Source: a virus
Lineage: Duplodnaviria > Heunggongvirae > Uroviricota > Caudoviricetes
Reading direction: 5' to 3' (one strand)
Length of the DNA: 64,000 nucleotides
Virus record (IMG/VR): IMGVR_UViG_3300008122_000001
Location: 119,706-183,705 of that record
Position 1 is the first letter of the stretch; each line of letters begins with the position of its first letter. Positions 1 through 10,037 of this stretch are shown in pieces. The notes below the pieces were generated by a model. It had not been told where the DNA came from and ran no database searches. It saw only the letters and a program-made list of their open reading frames with translations. The position numbers were made by a program, and so were the translations under genes.

Positions 1-591
1 GGTTGGTTTCGTACTATGTTTAATCGTAATACTGATTTACGTTATGCAGGTAAAGAACATATTCATCGAATTGGTAGTGACATTGGCGATATTAAAAGTC
101 AACGTGATACTCTTGTAGGTCAAGGTATTGTTCTTTCAAACGATATTAAAGCCCAAAAAGAAACAGTAGATGAATTATTAGCTGCTATTAAGCAACATAA
201 AGATACTGGTAATGAAGATTTAAAAAATAAAGCTTATGCAGAATATGTTAAAGCTCAAACTAAATTAAATACTTTAATTAAACGTGAAGATACTATTAAA
301 GGTCAAATTGATGTTTTAAATACACAAATTGATACTTTAGAATCATCTAAAGATAATGTACAAGATACTTTATCTGAAGCTGCTAATACTCAATTAGTAG
401 GTAAAGCAATGACTAAAGTTGAAGATGTACATACTAATTTAGCTGAAGGTCCATTAGCTGGTGCTATTGAAGAATCTAAGTTAATGGCTGCTACTGCCGA
501 AGGTAAACGTCTGGCACGTGAAGCTAAAGATAATAGTGATATCTTTGCTTATAAAAATCCAACTAATGTTAAATCATTAGATGAAATTTAA
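1..591 (+). CDS. coiled-coil protein, 5'-truncated at window edge
   Basis: frame is open from position 1 (GWFRT precedes the first Met at 16); K/E/Q/L-rich heptad-like sequence; TAA stop at 589-591. Confidence 0.5.
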   Translation, partial: GWFRTMFNRNTDLRYAGKEHIHRIGSDIGDIKSQRDTLVGQGIVLSNDIKAQKETVDELLAAIKQHKDTGNEDLKNKAYAEYVKAQTKLNTLIKREDTIKGQIDVLNTQIDTLESSKDNVQDTLSEAANTQLVGKAMTKVEDVHTNLAEGPLAGAIEESKLMAATAEGKRLAREAKDNSDIFAYKNPTNVKSLDEI

Positions 592-628
592 ACATTAAAT
601 AATCTTTATTTTTAAAGGATATTAAGTA

Positions 629-1333
629 ATGATTAAGCAGTTTATTTTGTTTATCTTACTTAGCTTAGGTAGTGTAACAACTACCTTTGCTATACCAACT
701 GTTTCTGAAATTGAATCTACTATTGGTAGTGGAGATTATAAAGAAGCTAAATCTAAATTAAATGAAGTATTAAAAGTACATCCTGATTCTGTAGTTGCTA
801 ACAAATATATGTTAGAAATTATTAAAATCGAATATGCTGGTTCTTTACAGCCTTCAGTTGAATTTAAAATTTATGAAGATAAATTAAAACAAATTGAAGT
901 AAAGAAACAGGAAAAACTTTTAAAAGAACAAGAAGCTTTAGCTGAAAAAAAGCGAGCTGAGTTCAAGGCTAAAGTTAAATCATTCTTTAATTTTATATTA
1001 GTTCTTTGTATATTTGCTATTATTTTCTATGGTCTTTATTTAGTGTTTATTAAGCATTATAATAAAATAGTAGAAAATATGAAACATGCTAAATGGAAAT
1101 CCAAAGTAGTATCAGAAACTAATCATTTTAATACTATTTTTTCTAAACATTTAGAAAATCCTGATTTAATTGTTCAAAAATATGATCAATCTATTTTAGA
1201 TGATATGAATTATCTCCATTTAGATAACAATGATTTTATTAAATCTTTAGTATTAAATGATTATAATGTTGATAAAATTAATCGTCATATTAAACATTCT
1301 TATGATTTTTTAGATCAATACGGATTTGAATAA
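629..1333 (+). CDS. membrane protein with N-terminal signal peptide and one internal TM helix
   Basis: ORF track; RBS aaaggata upstream; hydrophobic N-terminus MIKQFILFILLSLGSVTTTFA; TM FNFILVLCIFAIIFYGLYLVFI. Confidence 0.55.
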   Translation: MIKQFILFILLSLGSVTTTFAIPTVSEIESTIGSGDYKEAKSKLNEVLKVHPDSVVANKYMLEIIKIEYAGSLQPSVEFKIYEDKLKQIEVKKQEKLLKEQEALAEKKRAEFKAKVKSFFNFILVLCIFAIIFYGLYLVFIKHYNKIVENMKHAKWKSKVVSETNHFNTIFSKHLENPDLIVQKYDQSILDDMNYLHLDNNDFIKSLVLNDYNVDKINRHIKHSYDFLDQYGFE

Positions 1334-2037
1334 TGAAAAAGTTTATTATTTTATGTTTATCTTCTGTATTATCTTTTTCTTTTACTCCTGTAGTACTAGC
1401 TAAAAGTTCATATAGTAAATCAACTTCATCTTCTAATCGTTATAGTAGTAGTTCTACACGACCTTCTCGTTATGAATCTCGTTCTACTAACTATAATTCT
1501 TCAACTTCTAAACCAAGTTATACTCCTTCTAAACCTAGTACTACTACTACTTATACTTCTAGTCCTAAACCTTCTCGTTCTAGTAATAATACATCTTCAT
1601 CTAGTAGTTATACTCAACGTTCTTCTGCTTCTTCTAATAGTTCATCATATAAGTCTTCTAATAACTCTAGTTCGAGTTATAAGCCGTCTAGCACCTCTAG
1701 TACGTCCAATACCTCTAGTGCTCTTGCAGTAGGCGCTATCGCTGCTGTAGCCACTACTGTAGCTTTAGCTGACGATAGTGACAGTGATGATTCAACATAC
1801 TATCCTACTGAAGAAGAGTTACGTCAACAACATATTCAAGAGGAAGAACAACGTCTTCGTCGTGCTGAAATTGAACGTCAAGAAGCTTTAGAACGTAAAC
1901 GTGTTGCTGCTGAACAAGCAGAAAAGAAACGTTTAGAAGAACAAGCTTGGTTAAATATGACTCCTCAACAACGTCAAGGCATTGCTATTAAAAAAATGTG
2001 GATTAGTCCATGTAAAGAATGGTTATGTCAAAATTAA
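1333..2037 (+). CDS. Ser/Thr-rich mucin-like type-I membrane protein (signal peptide, TM, acidic patch, charged coiled-coil tail)
   Basis: ATGA overlap with upstream stop; signal peptide MKKFIILCLSSVLSFSFTPVVLA; ~120 aa S/T/N-rich low complexity; ALAVGAIAAVATTVALA TM; EEQRLRRAEIERQEALERKR tail. Confidence 0.55.
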   Translation: MKKFIILCLSSVLSFSFTPVVLAKSSYSKSTSSSNRYSSSSTRPSRYESRSTNYNSSTSKPSYTPSKPSTTTTYTSSPKPSRSSNNTSSSSSYTQRSSASSNSSSYKSSNNSSSSYKPSSTSSTSNTSSALAVGAIAAVATTVALADDSDSDDSTYYPTEEELRQQHIQEEEQRLRRAEIERQEALERKRVAAEQAEKKRLEEQAWLNMTPQQRQGIAIKKMWISPCKEWLCQN

Positions 2038-2055
2038 ATTTTATTGGAAATACAA

Positions 2056-2325
2056 ATGAGTAAGCTTCGCCCTTTATGTAATAAACTTGTAGTCCGTCGT
2101 TTAAAAAACGAATCTCTTACTTCTTCAGGTATTATTTTAAATCAATCTTCTTTAGAACTTTCAAATAAGGGCGAAGTTCTTGCTATTGGTATTAAAGTTG
2201 TAGATATTAAAGAACAAGATATTGTTCTATTTAATAATGATGAAACTGTACAAATTGTAAAAGTTAATAATGAAGAATTTTTAATTATTAAAGATTCAGA
2301 TATTTTAGCTATTGTTGAAAATTAA
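2056..2325 (+). CDS. groES: co-chaperonin GroES (Hsp10) homologue
   Basis: LRPLxxKLVVRR...SGIIL...GEVLAIG...DILAIVE matches the GroES/cpn10 signature; ATG at 2056 preferred over TTG at 2044. Confidence 0.75.
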   Translation: MSKLRPLCNKLVVRRLKNESLTSSGIILNQSSLELSNKGEVLAIGIKVVDIKEQDIVLFNNDETVQIVKVNNEEFLIIKDSDILAIVEN

Positions 2326-2338
2326 TTAGGTATATATT

Positions 2339-2878
2339 ATGAAATTACATAATCCTGCACATCCATCTGAAATTCTTTTAGAATATTACTTAGATAATCC
2401 TTCTTTTGTTGTATCTTCAGGAAAAGTAAATTTATTACGTCATCTTATTTTAGAAAAATCTTCTATTAATAAAGGTATTGCAGATACTTTAGCTGGCATT
2501 TTTCAAACTAGTTCTGATTTTTGGCTAAATCTTCAAAAACAATATGATGAAGCTGAAAAAGAAGAACCTTTAGAAGATAAATCTATTCTTTGTGATACTT
2601 TGGATTTAGCTGTAATTTCTTTACAAGAAACAGGTCGTCCTTCTAATTATCAAGGTATGTATCTTCTTTCTGAACAATCTTATAAATATCTTATTTCTAA
2701 TCTTACTCAAGATGAAGAATGGGATTTAGGTTGGTTAGGTGCATCTGAAAAATATGCAATTGCTAAAAAAATGCCTAAAGCATTAGTTGAAGCTATTGAT
2801 AAATTGAAAACAACTAAGTCTGTTGATTATGTTAAACAGAAGTTTAATAAATTAACTACAAACTTATTAAATAACTAA
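2339..2878 (+). CDS. hypothetical protein
   Basis: ORF track; ATG with purine-rich RBS; tight co-directional packing. Confidence 0.55.
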   Translation: MKLHNPAHPSEILLEYYLDNPSFVVSSGKVNLLRHLILEKSSINKGIADTLAGIFQTSSDFWLNLQKQYDEAEKEEPLEDKSILCDTLDLAVISLQETGRPSNYQGMYLLSEQSYKYLISNLTQDEEWDLGWLGASEKYAIAKKMPKALVEAIDKLKTTKSVDYVKQKFNKLTTNLLNN

Positions 2879-2886
2879 TTGGAAAT

Positions 2887-3906
2887 ATGTATATGAGCAA
2901 TATTACTCTTCAAAATTCATTACCATTAATAAATACAACTAATTTTATTAATGATTTTCTTGATACTTTGTTAGAAGAGTATTGCTCTCAACATTATAAA
3001 GAAAATACTGTCATAAGTGAAGGTATTAAATTACCTACATTAGTTACTTTACTTCGTTATAAATATCCTAATTATAAATTAATTTCTCCTGGTGTTTTAG
3101 GTCATATTTATACAACTGAAGTAAAAGTTATTTATAAAGATAAATACCATGATCAACTTGTTAATGCATTAAATCATAAATTAAGTATTCTTTTTACACA
3201 ATATACTCCAAAAAATATTTCAACAATATCGTTTTCTACATATTCAAATCATTTAGAAAGTAGAATAGTATCACGGTTATCTTCTCCTTATATTTACTAT
3301 AAGCAATTAACTACAATTAATTTAGTTAGAAAATATGTAAAACAATATAATGTAAGTATAGAAAATCATGATCATTTAAAAGATCTATATTTATGTTTAT
3401 ATACTCTTTTACCTGTAACTGTTATTTATAAACCTACTGTAGAAACATTAAAAGAAATTAATAATCAATTTTTAAAATCAAATGAAGAAGTTTTTAATAA
3501 TTTTGATTTTACTTCTTTTAATTTCGAATCATGGATGATTTCCTTATATATTACTCTTTCTTCTGAAGAACAATTAGAAGATATTAAAAATAATATTTCT
3601 TTAGATTATTTTAATAATTTATTTATTAAATGTTCTGAATATTTAATTCAATTTAAAAGTGAATTTAGTGATTATCTAGACAAATATTTTAAATTGAAAA
3701 GAGAAATAGTTAAAGAAATTGAAGAACCACTAAATTTACTTAATGAATTAAATAACCAACCTAAAGTAATAGTAGAAACTATTATTGAAGATAAAAAAGA
3801 AGTAGAAGATCAATCTCATTTAGATCTTACTCCAAAAGAATTATTTTGGTTAAGAATTATTGTAAGTATTCTTGTATTAGCTTGTATTTATTTTATATTT
3901 AAATGA
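2887..3906 (+). CDS. hypothetical protein with C-terminal TM anchor
   Basis: ORF track; C-terminal WLRIIVSILVLACIYFIF hydrophobic segment. Confidence 0.55.
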   Translation: MYMSNITLQNSLPLINTTNFINDFLDTLLEEYCSQHYKENTVISEGIKLPTLVTLLRYKYPNYKLISPGVLGHIYTTEVKVIYKDKYHDQLVNALNHKLSILFTQYTPKNISTISFSTYSNHLESRIVSRLSSPYIYYKQLTTINLVRKYVKQYNVSIENHDHLKDLYLCLYTLLPVTVIYKPTVETLKEINNQFLKSNEEVFNNFDFTSFNFESWMISLYITLSSEEQLEDIKNNISLDYFNNLFIKCSEYLIQFKSEFSDYLDKYFKLKREIVKEIEEPLNLLNELNNQPKVIVETIIEDKKEVEDQSHLDLTPKELFWLRIIVSILVLACIYFIFK

Positions 3907-3914
3907 GGTAAAAA

Positions 3915-4154
3915 ATGTCGAAATTAGATCATGGTTGTTTTGAATCTAATGATTATACTCATGGAGTATTAGATTTAGAATCAATGAATAATGATCCTTT
4001 AAAGTATGCTACACATTGTTTAAAAGCTAATGAAACTCAATTAGTAATTGAATCAACTGAAACATGTCCTCAGCTTTTATTCATTAATGGTTCTTGGCAA
4101 CCTAGTAACATTTATAAAGGTATCTTAAAACCTATTGAAAAGGAAGTGAAATGA
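3915..4154 (+). CDS. hypothetical protein
   Basis: ORF track; RBS gaggtaaaaa upstream; ATGA overlap with next gene. Confidence 0.5.
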   Translation: MSKLDHGCFESNDYTHGVLDLESMNNDPLKYATHCLKANETQLVIESTETCPQLLFINGSWQPSNIYKGILKPIEKEVK

Positions 4155-4609
4155 GTAATCAAGATCACGCTCTTAAAAATATTTTATATTTAACTTCTTG
4201 TGTATTAGAAGAAGATTCTAATCGAAATTATGGTAATAGAGATTCTTTTTTATTTAAATTACATAATAGTTGGGAAGAATTTATTAATAACTCTCCTTTA
4301 GGGTTAGACCCTTATCAGACTTTTAAAGATACATTTGTAATTAAAGAAGAATCTCAAGATTTAGATATTGAAATCTTATCTAAAATGAACAAGAAGCCTT
4401 GGAAATATTCTACTCATTCCGATTTTTCTTGTTCTACTTTTTATATGAATTTAAATTCTATTTGGTTATATTTTGATTTAAGTTCTCTTTGTTGGAAACA
4501 ATCTTCTATTAAAGCTGAGTATTTAGTTTCTCAATTAGAAAATAGTGATAAACAAAGATTTAAACAAAATCTTTATAAATTAGAACAATATTTAAAAGGA
4601 AAGAAATAA
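4151..4609 (+). CDS. hypothetical protein
   Basis: ORF track; start overlaps upstream stop (ATGA). Confidence 0.5.
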   Translation: MSNQDHALKNILYLTSCVLEEDSNRNYGNRDSFLFKLHNSWEEFINNSPLGLDPYQTFKDTFVIKEESQDLDIEILSKMNKKPWKYSTHSDFSCSTFYMNLNSIWLYFDLSSLCWKQSSIKAEYLVSQLENSDKQRFKQNLYKLEQYLKGKK

Positions 4610-4611
4610 CT

Positions 4612-5340
4612 ATGTGGTATTTCCTTTTAACATTAATTTCTATTGTTATTGGTGTTTATTTTGTTAATAAACATATTTATAAAGAAACTGAGAAAGAACT
4701 TGAAAAAAAGTTAAATATTCCAGTAAAAAATCAAATAGTTAACTTACCTAAACAAGATAAATTAACTTATGATTTAACTTCTTCTGATTATTTTTCAAAA
4801 TTATTTTTATTAAATTTACAAAAGAATACAACATTATATTCTGTTAATAAAGATAATTCTGAAGTAATTGAAAGGATTAAATTTATTGTCTTTGTATTAG
4901 ATAAAAAATCTAATTTATTTTTAAAACCTTTTCGATTTACTTCAGAAGGAGAAGGCTATAACAGTTATAAATATCAAACATGTAAAGATATTAATACTTT
5001 TATTGGATTATTAAAAGATAAAAATGATTATTTAAATAATTATTTTTCTTTTATTTCTAAATTAAATGTTCTTTTAGGTAGTAGTAATTTCTTTAGTAAA
5101 GAATATTCTAATGGTTATTTAATTGCTTCTTTATCTTTATTTGAAGCTTTTAAGCAAGTAATAGAAAATGATTCTAAAGAAATAGTTTCAAAAGATTATT
5201 TAGATGATCTTTTGAAAGAACTGAAAATAGTTGTAAAAAAATCTAATTTTATTAATTCTAAATTTGTTTTTTTACGTGATATGAAAATTGATATTAATGA
5301 TTCAACTGTCATCAAATCTATCAATTTATTTAAATCTTAA
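4612..5340 (+). CDS. hypothetical protein with N-terminal TM helix
   Basis: ORF track; MWYFLLTLISIVIGVYFV hydrophobic N-terminus. Confidence 0.5.
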   Translation: MWYFLLTLISIVIGVYFVNKHIYKETEKELEKKLNIPVKNQIVNLPKQDKLTYDLTSSDYFSKLFLLNLQKNTTLYSVNKDNSEVIERIKFIVFVLDKKSNLFLKPFRFTSEGEGYNSYKYQTCKDINTFIGLLKDKNDYLNNYFSFISKLNVLLGSSNFFSKEYSNGYLIASLSLFEAFKQVIENDSKEIVSKDYLDDLLKELKIVVKKSNFINSKFVFLRDMKIDINDSTVIKSINLFKS

Positions 5341-5351
5341 GAGTATATATT

Positions 5352-6035
5352 ATGTCTATTGCTAAATTTATTAATCGTTTCTTTTCTTCTGCAAATGTTA
5401 AAGCTCATGCTGCAATGGAAAAAGCTGATCAAAAAATTGATATTCAACAACATGCTAGTTATTTATTAGCTCAACAGAAAGAAAACGAAGTTAAAGTTAC
5501 TAATTCTCGTAATACTTTAATTAAACAACAACAAACTTTACTTAAAAATATTGAAACTAAACAAAATCGTTTAGATCTTATTGAAAAAATTGTTATTGCT
5601 GATCAAGATAAGCCTAAACGTGAAAAAACTACAGATTATACTCAAAAGTTTTTAACTGCTATTCATGAAGGTCCTTTGTTACAACAAAGTATTAATTCAA
5701 TGAAATTAAATTTAGAAGTAGTTAATAATGCTATTGATAAAACAATTGAAGATTTAGGTAAAATTGAACGTAATACTATTACTATTGAATCTCGTTTAGA
5801 AACATTAAAAACTAAAGATACATTAGCAACTATTAAATCTACTACTTATACTATTTCAGAAGCTAATCACTATTTCAGTATTGAAAAGTTAGAAGCTATT
5901 GTAGAAAATAAAGAAGTAGAAGCTAATACTGCTGAAAAAATCTTTGAAATGGATTCTCCTCTTTCATTAGAATCTGAAGTAACTAGTAATGATTTTATTA
6001 AATCAGTATTAGCTAAAAATTCTAAAAAGGATTAA
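5352..6035 (+). CDS. PspA/IM30 (phage-shock protein A / Vipp1)-like coiled-coil protein
   Basis: N-terminus MSIAKFINRFFSSANVKAHAAMEKADQKIDIQQ resembles the PspA N-terminus (M-x-I-x-x-RF-x-x-I-x-x-AN-x-x-A-x-x-x-KAEDP); length 227 aa close to PspA ~222 aa; coiled-coil throughout. Confidence 0.45.
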   Translation: MSIAKFINRFFSSANVKAHAAMEKADQKIDIQQHASYLLAQQKENEVKVTNSRNTLIKQQQTLLKNIETKQNRLDLIEKIVIADQDKPKREKTTDYTQKFLTAIHEGPLLQQSINSMKLNLEVVNNAIDKTIEDLGKIERNTITIESRLETLKTKDTLATIKSTTYTISEANHYFSIEKLEAIVENKEVEANTAEKIFEMDSPLSLESEVTSNDFIKSVLAKNSKKD

Positions 6036-6089
6036 TTAATCCTTTTAACTTGTAACAACAAAGTCTATATTTATTATTAAGGAATTATT

Positions 6090-6488
6090 ATGTCTAATTT
6101 AACTGTTACTTTTTTTGAATACAATGGCGCAATTGGTGCTGAAATTGATATTGATAAAGGTACATTTTTAAATGATCCTAAAGCCCCAGGTCAAATGGGA
6201 ACAGTTACTGATACTAAATATATTGGTATGCCTGAAGAAGTTAAACAAGCTATCCTAACACGTTATAAACGTGAAGGTGGTTCTTTCGCTTCTATGATGA
6301 TTTCTAAATCATCTAAAGGTGATAATATTGGTATTCTTGGTGGATATAAAGCTTGTTTAGCAACTTCTAAAACAGCTAATATTGAAATCAGTCGTGATTG
6401 TGATCTTTCAGTTTTAGATTCTTGTGTTAAAATTGAAAACAATCCTCCACAAGATTTTAAAGATTATATTGATTCTTTATCTAAATAA
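6090..6488 (+). CDS. hypothetical protein
   Basis: ORF track; RBS aaggaatta upstream. Confidence 0.5.
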   Translation: MSNLTVTFFEYNGAIGAEIDIDKGTFLNDPKAPGQMGTVTDTKYIGMPEEVKQAILTRYKREGGSFASMMISKSSKGDNIGILGGYKACLATSKTANIEISRDCDLSVLDSCVKIENNPPQDFKDYIDSLSK

Positions 6489-6498
6489 GGATATAGGT

Positions 6499-6732
6499 AT
6501 GAAACTATATGCAGTAATGTGTACAGAAAGTGAACAGCCTACTCATTTAGTAATTGCATTTAAAGAGTCAGAACTATTTTCAAAATTACATAGTATGTAT
6601 GAAATTAGTGAAAAATCTTTTAATGAGTTACGTGATACAAATTCAGCTCATGTTGAATATATAGATCCTTATGGTGGTACAGATTCTATTACAAAATATG
6701 TTCAATTATTTTTAGACACTACAGAATTTTAA
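6499..6732 (+). CDS. hypothetical protein
   Basis: ATG 6499 preceded by aaggatataggt RBS, just after the upstream stop (the track start at 6424 overlaps the previous gene). Confidence 0.45.
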   Translation: MKLYAVMCTESEQPTHLVIAFKESELFSKLHSMYEISEKSFNELRDTNSAHVEYIDPYGGTDSITKYVQLFLDTTEF

Positions 6733-6742
6733 AGGAAAATAT

Positions 6743-7381
6743 ATGTCTACACCTATTGTTCCATATAGCGATGCAACAGCTCTATTAGGTCAAGTTCATT
6801 CTACATTACAAAATCGTGATGCAGTACACGTTGCTTGTATTCAAGTAGAATTAGCAGAATCTTATCATATTGATAGTCCTGCTCAAATGCTTCGTATGAA
6901 TAATGAAGGTAAGTTTGTTCCTACAACAAATCGTGAACAAGCTTTAGGTATTTTAGATCCATTTATTACTAATTTTTATGATTTAAATGATGGTGATAAA
7001 GTTTGGTTAATTTTATTTCCAGGTATGATTCGTTCTTTATCTCATTATTGGGAACATGAAGCTTTTCCTCCTGCTCCTGTAGAACAATCTTTTACTGATT
7101 TTGTTTTAAAACAAAAAACAGATAAAGAAGCTTCAATTCCTCAAAATAAACTTTCAAGTTATCAATATTTAATTCGAATTGCTGAAAACTTAGAAATGAG
7201 TCTTGATCGTCTTCTTGCAGAAGCTCATGAAAAAGTATTAAATAATAATCATTATTATATTGGTAATTCGGAAGCAGAAGGTTATAGTGTTGGATCAGAT
7301 TTTTGGTTTCATTATGAAAATTATACTGAAACTCAAGTACCTGAGTCTCATAAAGAAAACTTTATTTCTTGTTCTTGTTAA
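6743..7381 (+). CDS. hypothetical protein
   Basis: ORF track; RBS aaaggaaaat upstream. Confidence 0.55.
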   Translation: MSTPIVPYSDATALLGQVHSTLQNRDAVHVACIQVELAESYHIDSPAQMLRMNNEGKFVPTTNREQALGILDPFITNFYDLNDGDKVWLILFPGMIRSLSHYWEHEAFPPAPVEQSFTDFVLKQKTDKEASIPQNKLSSYQYLIRIAENLEMSLDRLLAEAHEKVLNNNHYYIGNSEAEGYSVGSDFWFHYENYTETQVPESHKENFISCSC

Positions 7382-7451
7382 AAAGTAAATAAATTTATAA
7401 CTATTCTTTAATAGAGTAGTTATATGTGTATTTATTTAAAAAGGTATTAAT

Positions 7452-7889
7452 ATGCAATTTAATTTATTAATAGACAAACATCCTCTGTCTGTTACTATAC
7501 CTCAATCACAATTAAGTTTTAATGGGTTTAAAGATAAAGATTTAGTTGCTGTTTTATTTAATGGTAGTAATATTATAGCTGGATATTTAATGTTTTTATC
7601 TGAATTAAATATTAGTTATCCTGTTTTAATTAATTTAAAAGGTGAAGCAATAGAACTAATAAATATATATGGTATTAGTCATATTTCTACTGTCCCATTT
7701 GTTGAATTAAATAAAAATATTACTTCAGAAACATATCTTGAATATATTACCTTTAAATATTTAAATATAAATAATAATCCTTGTAGTGGTTATACTTTAG
7801 GTCAAATTTTAGATAAGATTAAAAAGGAATATGGTAATTTACAATTTAAATATAAAATTGTAAATAAACATATTTATTGTAATGTTTAA
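7452..7889 (+). CDS. hypothetical protein
   Basis: ORF track; 70-nt AT-rich leader upstream. Confidence 0.5.
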   Translation: MQFNLLIDKHPLSVTIPQSQLSFNGFKDKDLVAVLFNGSNIIAGYLMFLSELNISYPVLINLKGEAIELINIYGISHISTVPFVELNKNITSETYLEYITFKYLNINNNPCSGYTLGQILDKIKKEYGNLQFKYKIVNKHIYCNV

Positions 7890-7903
7890 TATTGGATTAA
7901 ATT

Positions 7904-8299
7904 ATGAAAATTAATGCTCTTGAATTATTAGGTAAACATAAAGATTGTATTTTAGCTCATTTAATACTAGAAGCAGGTAGTATAAGTGAGTATAAAAAAC
8001 AATTTGAAGAAGTTACCAAAACAATACATGAATCTAAAGATAAACTTTTAGATATTAAAATTGTTTATAATGGTATTGAATTTGATGGTCAAATTTTAGA
8101 AAACTTAATTCAAGAGCAATGGAATCATGTAGTTAAAAAGTTAGAAAATAAATATTCTGATCTTGATAAATTAGCGGAACAAAAAGCTGATGTATTATTT
8201 AATCAACGAATTAACGACTTAAAACAACCTACTATAGAAAAATTATATAAAATTCAATCTATGGTAGATAAAGTTTATACTGAATTGGATGTTCTTTAA
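7904..8299 (+). CDS. hypothetical protein
   Basis: ORF track. Confidence 0.5.
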   Translation: MKINALELLGKHKDCILAHLILEAGSISEYKKQFEEVTKTIHESKDKLLDIKIVYNGIEFDGQILENLIQEQWNHVVKKLENKYSDLDKLAEQKADVLFNQRINDLKQPTIEKLYKIQSMVDKVYTELDVL

Positions 8300-8301
8300 T
8301 C

Positions 8302-8970
8302 ATGTTAAAATTTAATACAGAACAGATATTATTAATAGGTAATATTAATAATTTTCGTATTACAGATATTTTGAAAACTTATACAGGAGATTCATTAAAT
8401 TCTCCTTTATTTAGTTTTAAAATAGAGTTACGTTTTAATTCTTTATTACCTTCTGCTAAATTATTATCTAATTTAGATAATTCTTGGTTTAAACCTAATA
8501 ATTACACTTTAAAAGATATAATTGTATCTTTTGATACTTTATTAGAATTATTAGAATATTTAAATCCTAATGAAGGTATTAAAATTGAATTATTAAATCA
8601 TCAAAGTGATATTAAATTGTTCAATTTATTATTAGCAATGACTGATGAACAACCTTTTAAAGTTTCATTTAATAGCTTATGTCTAAAGTATAAAAATGTT
8701 ATTTACATTATCTATGATACTAATGAACGTACTTATTTTAGACATATTATTTCAGAAGATTTGAAACATACTTTTAAAAAGAATTTTGATATTAAAAATC
8801 AATTAACTTTTCATATTGTAAAAGCAATTGAAAGTATTTATAAAGATCCGTCACTTGTTGTATTAGATAATGGTCACATTGTTTATAAAGGTGTTGAATA
8901 CTTAAATCATAAAAAAATTATTTATTCAACTAATTTTATTAAAGATTACTTTTTAAATATTAATTGGTAA
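8302..8970 (+). CDS. hypothetical protein
   Basis: ORF track; 2-nt spacing from upstream gene. Confidence 0.5.
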   Translation: MLKFNTEQILLIGNINNFRITDILKTYTGDSLNSPLFSFKIELRFNSLLPSAKLLSNLDNSWFKPNNYTLKDIIVSFDTLLELLEYLNPNEGIKIELLNHQSDIKLFNLLLAMTDEQPFKVSFNSLCLKYKNVIYIIYDTNERTYFRHIISEDLKHTFKKNFDIKNQLTFHIVKAIESIYKDPSLVVLDNGHIVYKGVEYLNHKKIIYSTNFIKDYFLNINW

Positions 8971-8974
8971 TGTT

Positions 8975-9184
8975 ATGACATCTATTCATGTTGTTATGGT
9001 TGTTTCTCCAAGAGGAACATTATTTGATAAGTATCAAATAATAAATGAATTTGATACTATGTTAGATGATATGAAATTTAAATTTCCTATACTAACAGAT
9101 GAGAATTTATTAGATATGGTTAAAACAGGTAAGTATATTTCTGAAAGAAATTTTACTTTTTTATATCATGAATTTAAGTGTTAA
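8975..9184 (+). CDS. hypothetical protein
   Basis: ORF track. Confidence 0.45.
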   Translation: MTSIHVVMVVSPRGTLFDKYQIINEFDTMLDDMKFKFPILTDENLLDMVKTGKYISERNFTFLYHEFKC

Positions 9185-9188
9185 TTTT

Positions 9189-9647
9189 ATGTATAATGAA
9201 CATTTATTAAATAATTGGCAAATTAATCATGATCCAAATATTTTAATTGAATTTATTAAAAAGTTTCGTGATAATATTTGGCCATATTATTCTCCTTCTG
9301 GACATTGGACTCCAGAACAAGAAGAAGGTATTTCTAAATTTTGTAATCCACCTTTAAATGGTATGTATCATACTACTTATTATGATGGTAAAATTTTACA
9401 TTGTTCTGTAGGTGAAGTTGAAATTTCTTTTCAAAAAGGATCAGCTTCTATGTGTTTTTATTTTCCTAATATTGATATATTAATTTATTCTGATTATCTC
9501 TACTATGGTTCTGAAACAATTTATAATGATAGTCATTCAGATATTCGATATGATTCTCCTCTTAAAGGTTTTGAAGAATTATTGAATATTCAAGAATGTG
9601 AGGAGAGAAGATTAGTAACTGTTTCTATAACCGTAAGAGGTAAATAA
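9189..9647 (+). CDS. hypothetical protein
   Basis: ATG 9189 lies just after the upstream stop; the track's alternative start at 9168 overlaps the previous gene by 17 nt. Confidence 0.5.
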   Translation: MYNEHLLNNWQINHDPNILIEFIKKFRDNIWPYYSPSGHWTPEQEEGISKFCNPPLNGMYHTTYYDGKILHCSVGEVEISFQKGSASMCFYFPNIDILIYSDYLYYGSETIYNDSHSDIRYDSPLKGFEELLNIQECEERRLVTVSITVRGK

Positions 9648-10037
9648 ATGATTTATGGTTTACCAACTTTTAATGTATTTTCAAATTATAATTTTTCATT
9701 AGATTCTAATTTAAATTTATTATTTGTTGATCATTTAATTACTACTGATAATGTTCTTTCTATCTTACAATTAGAAGAAGATCAATATTTTATTTTAGAA
9801 CTTAATCGAGGACTTTATTTTAAAGGGTTTCAATCACAAAGAATTAAATTTATAAAATTTGAAGATCATATTTTAATGGTAATTCTAGATTGCGATCAAG
9901 ATGGTAAAAGAATAGGTCGTATTTCTTCTTTTACAATTAATGCTATTTCTTTTGAAGATCGTATTTATAAAATTAGCCATAATAAACTAATTGTATTTAA
10001 TAAAATGTTAGAAATAGCATCAAGTGGATTATTTTAA
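9648..10037 (+). CDS. hypothetical protein
   Basis: ORF track; starts directly after upstream TAA. Confidence 0.5.
   Translation: MIYGLPTFNVFSNYNFSLDSNLNLLFVDHLITTDNVLSILQLEEDQYFILELNRGLYFKGFQSQRIKFIKFEDHILMVILDCDQDGKRIGRISSFTINAISFEDRIYKISHNKLIVFNKMLEIASSGLF

Noticed and set aside
1472-1732. 86-aa Leu-rich ORF on + strand in another frame of the S/T-rich gene
   Set aside because: Compositional artefact of the low-complexity TCT/AGT-rich sequence; fully nested in the better-supported gene 1333-2037.
6424-6732. Track ORF start at 6424 overlapping gene 6090-6488 by 65 nt
   Set aside because: An internal ATG at 6499 with a good RBS just after the upstream stop is more parsimonious; called as 6499-6732.
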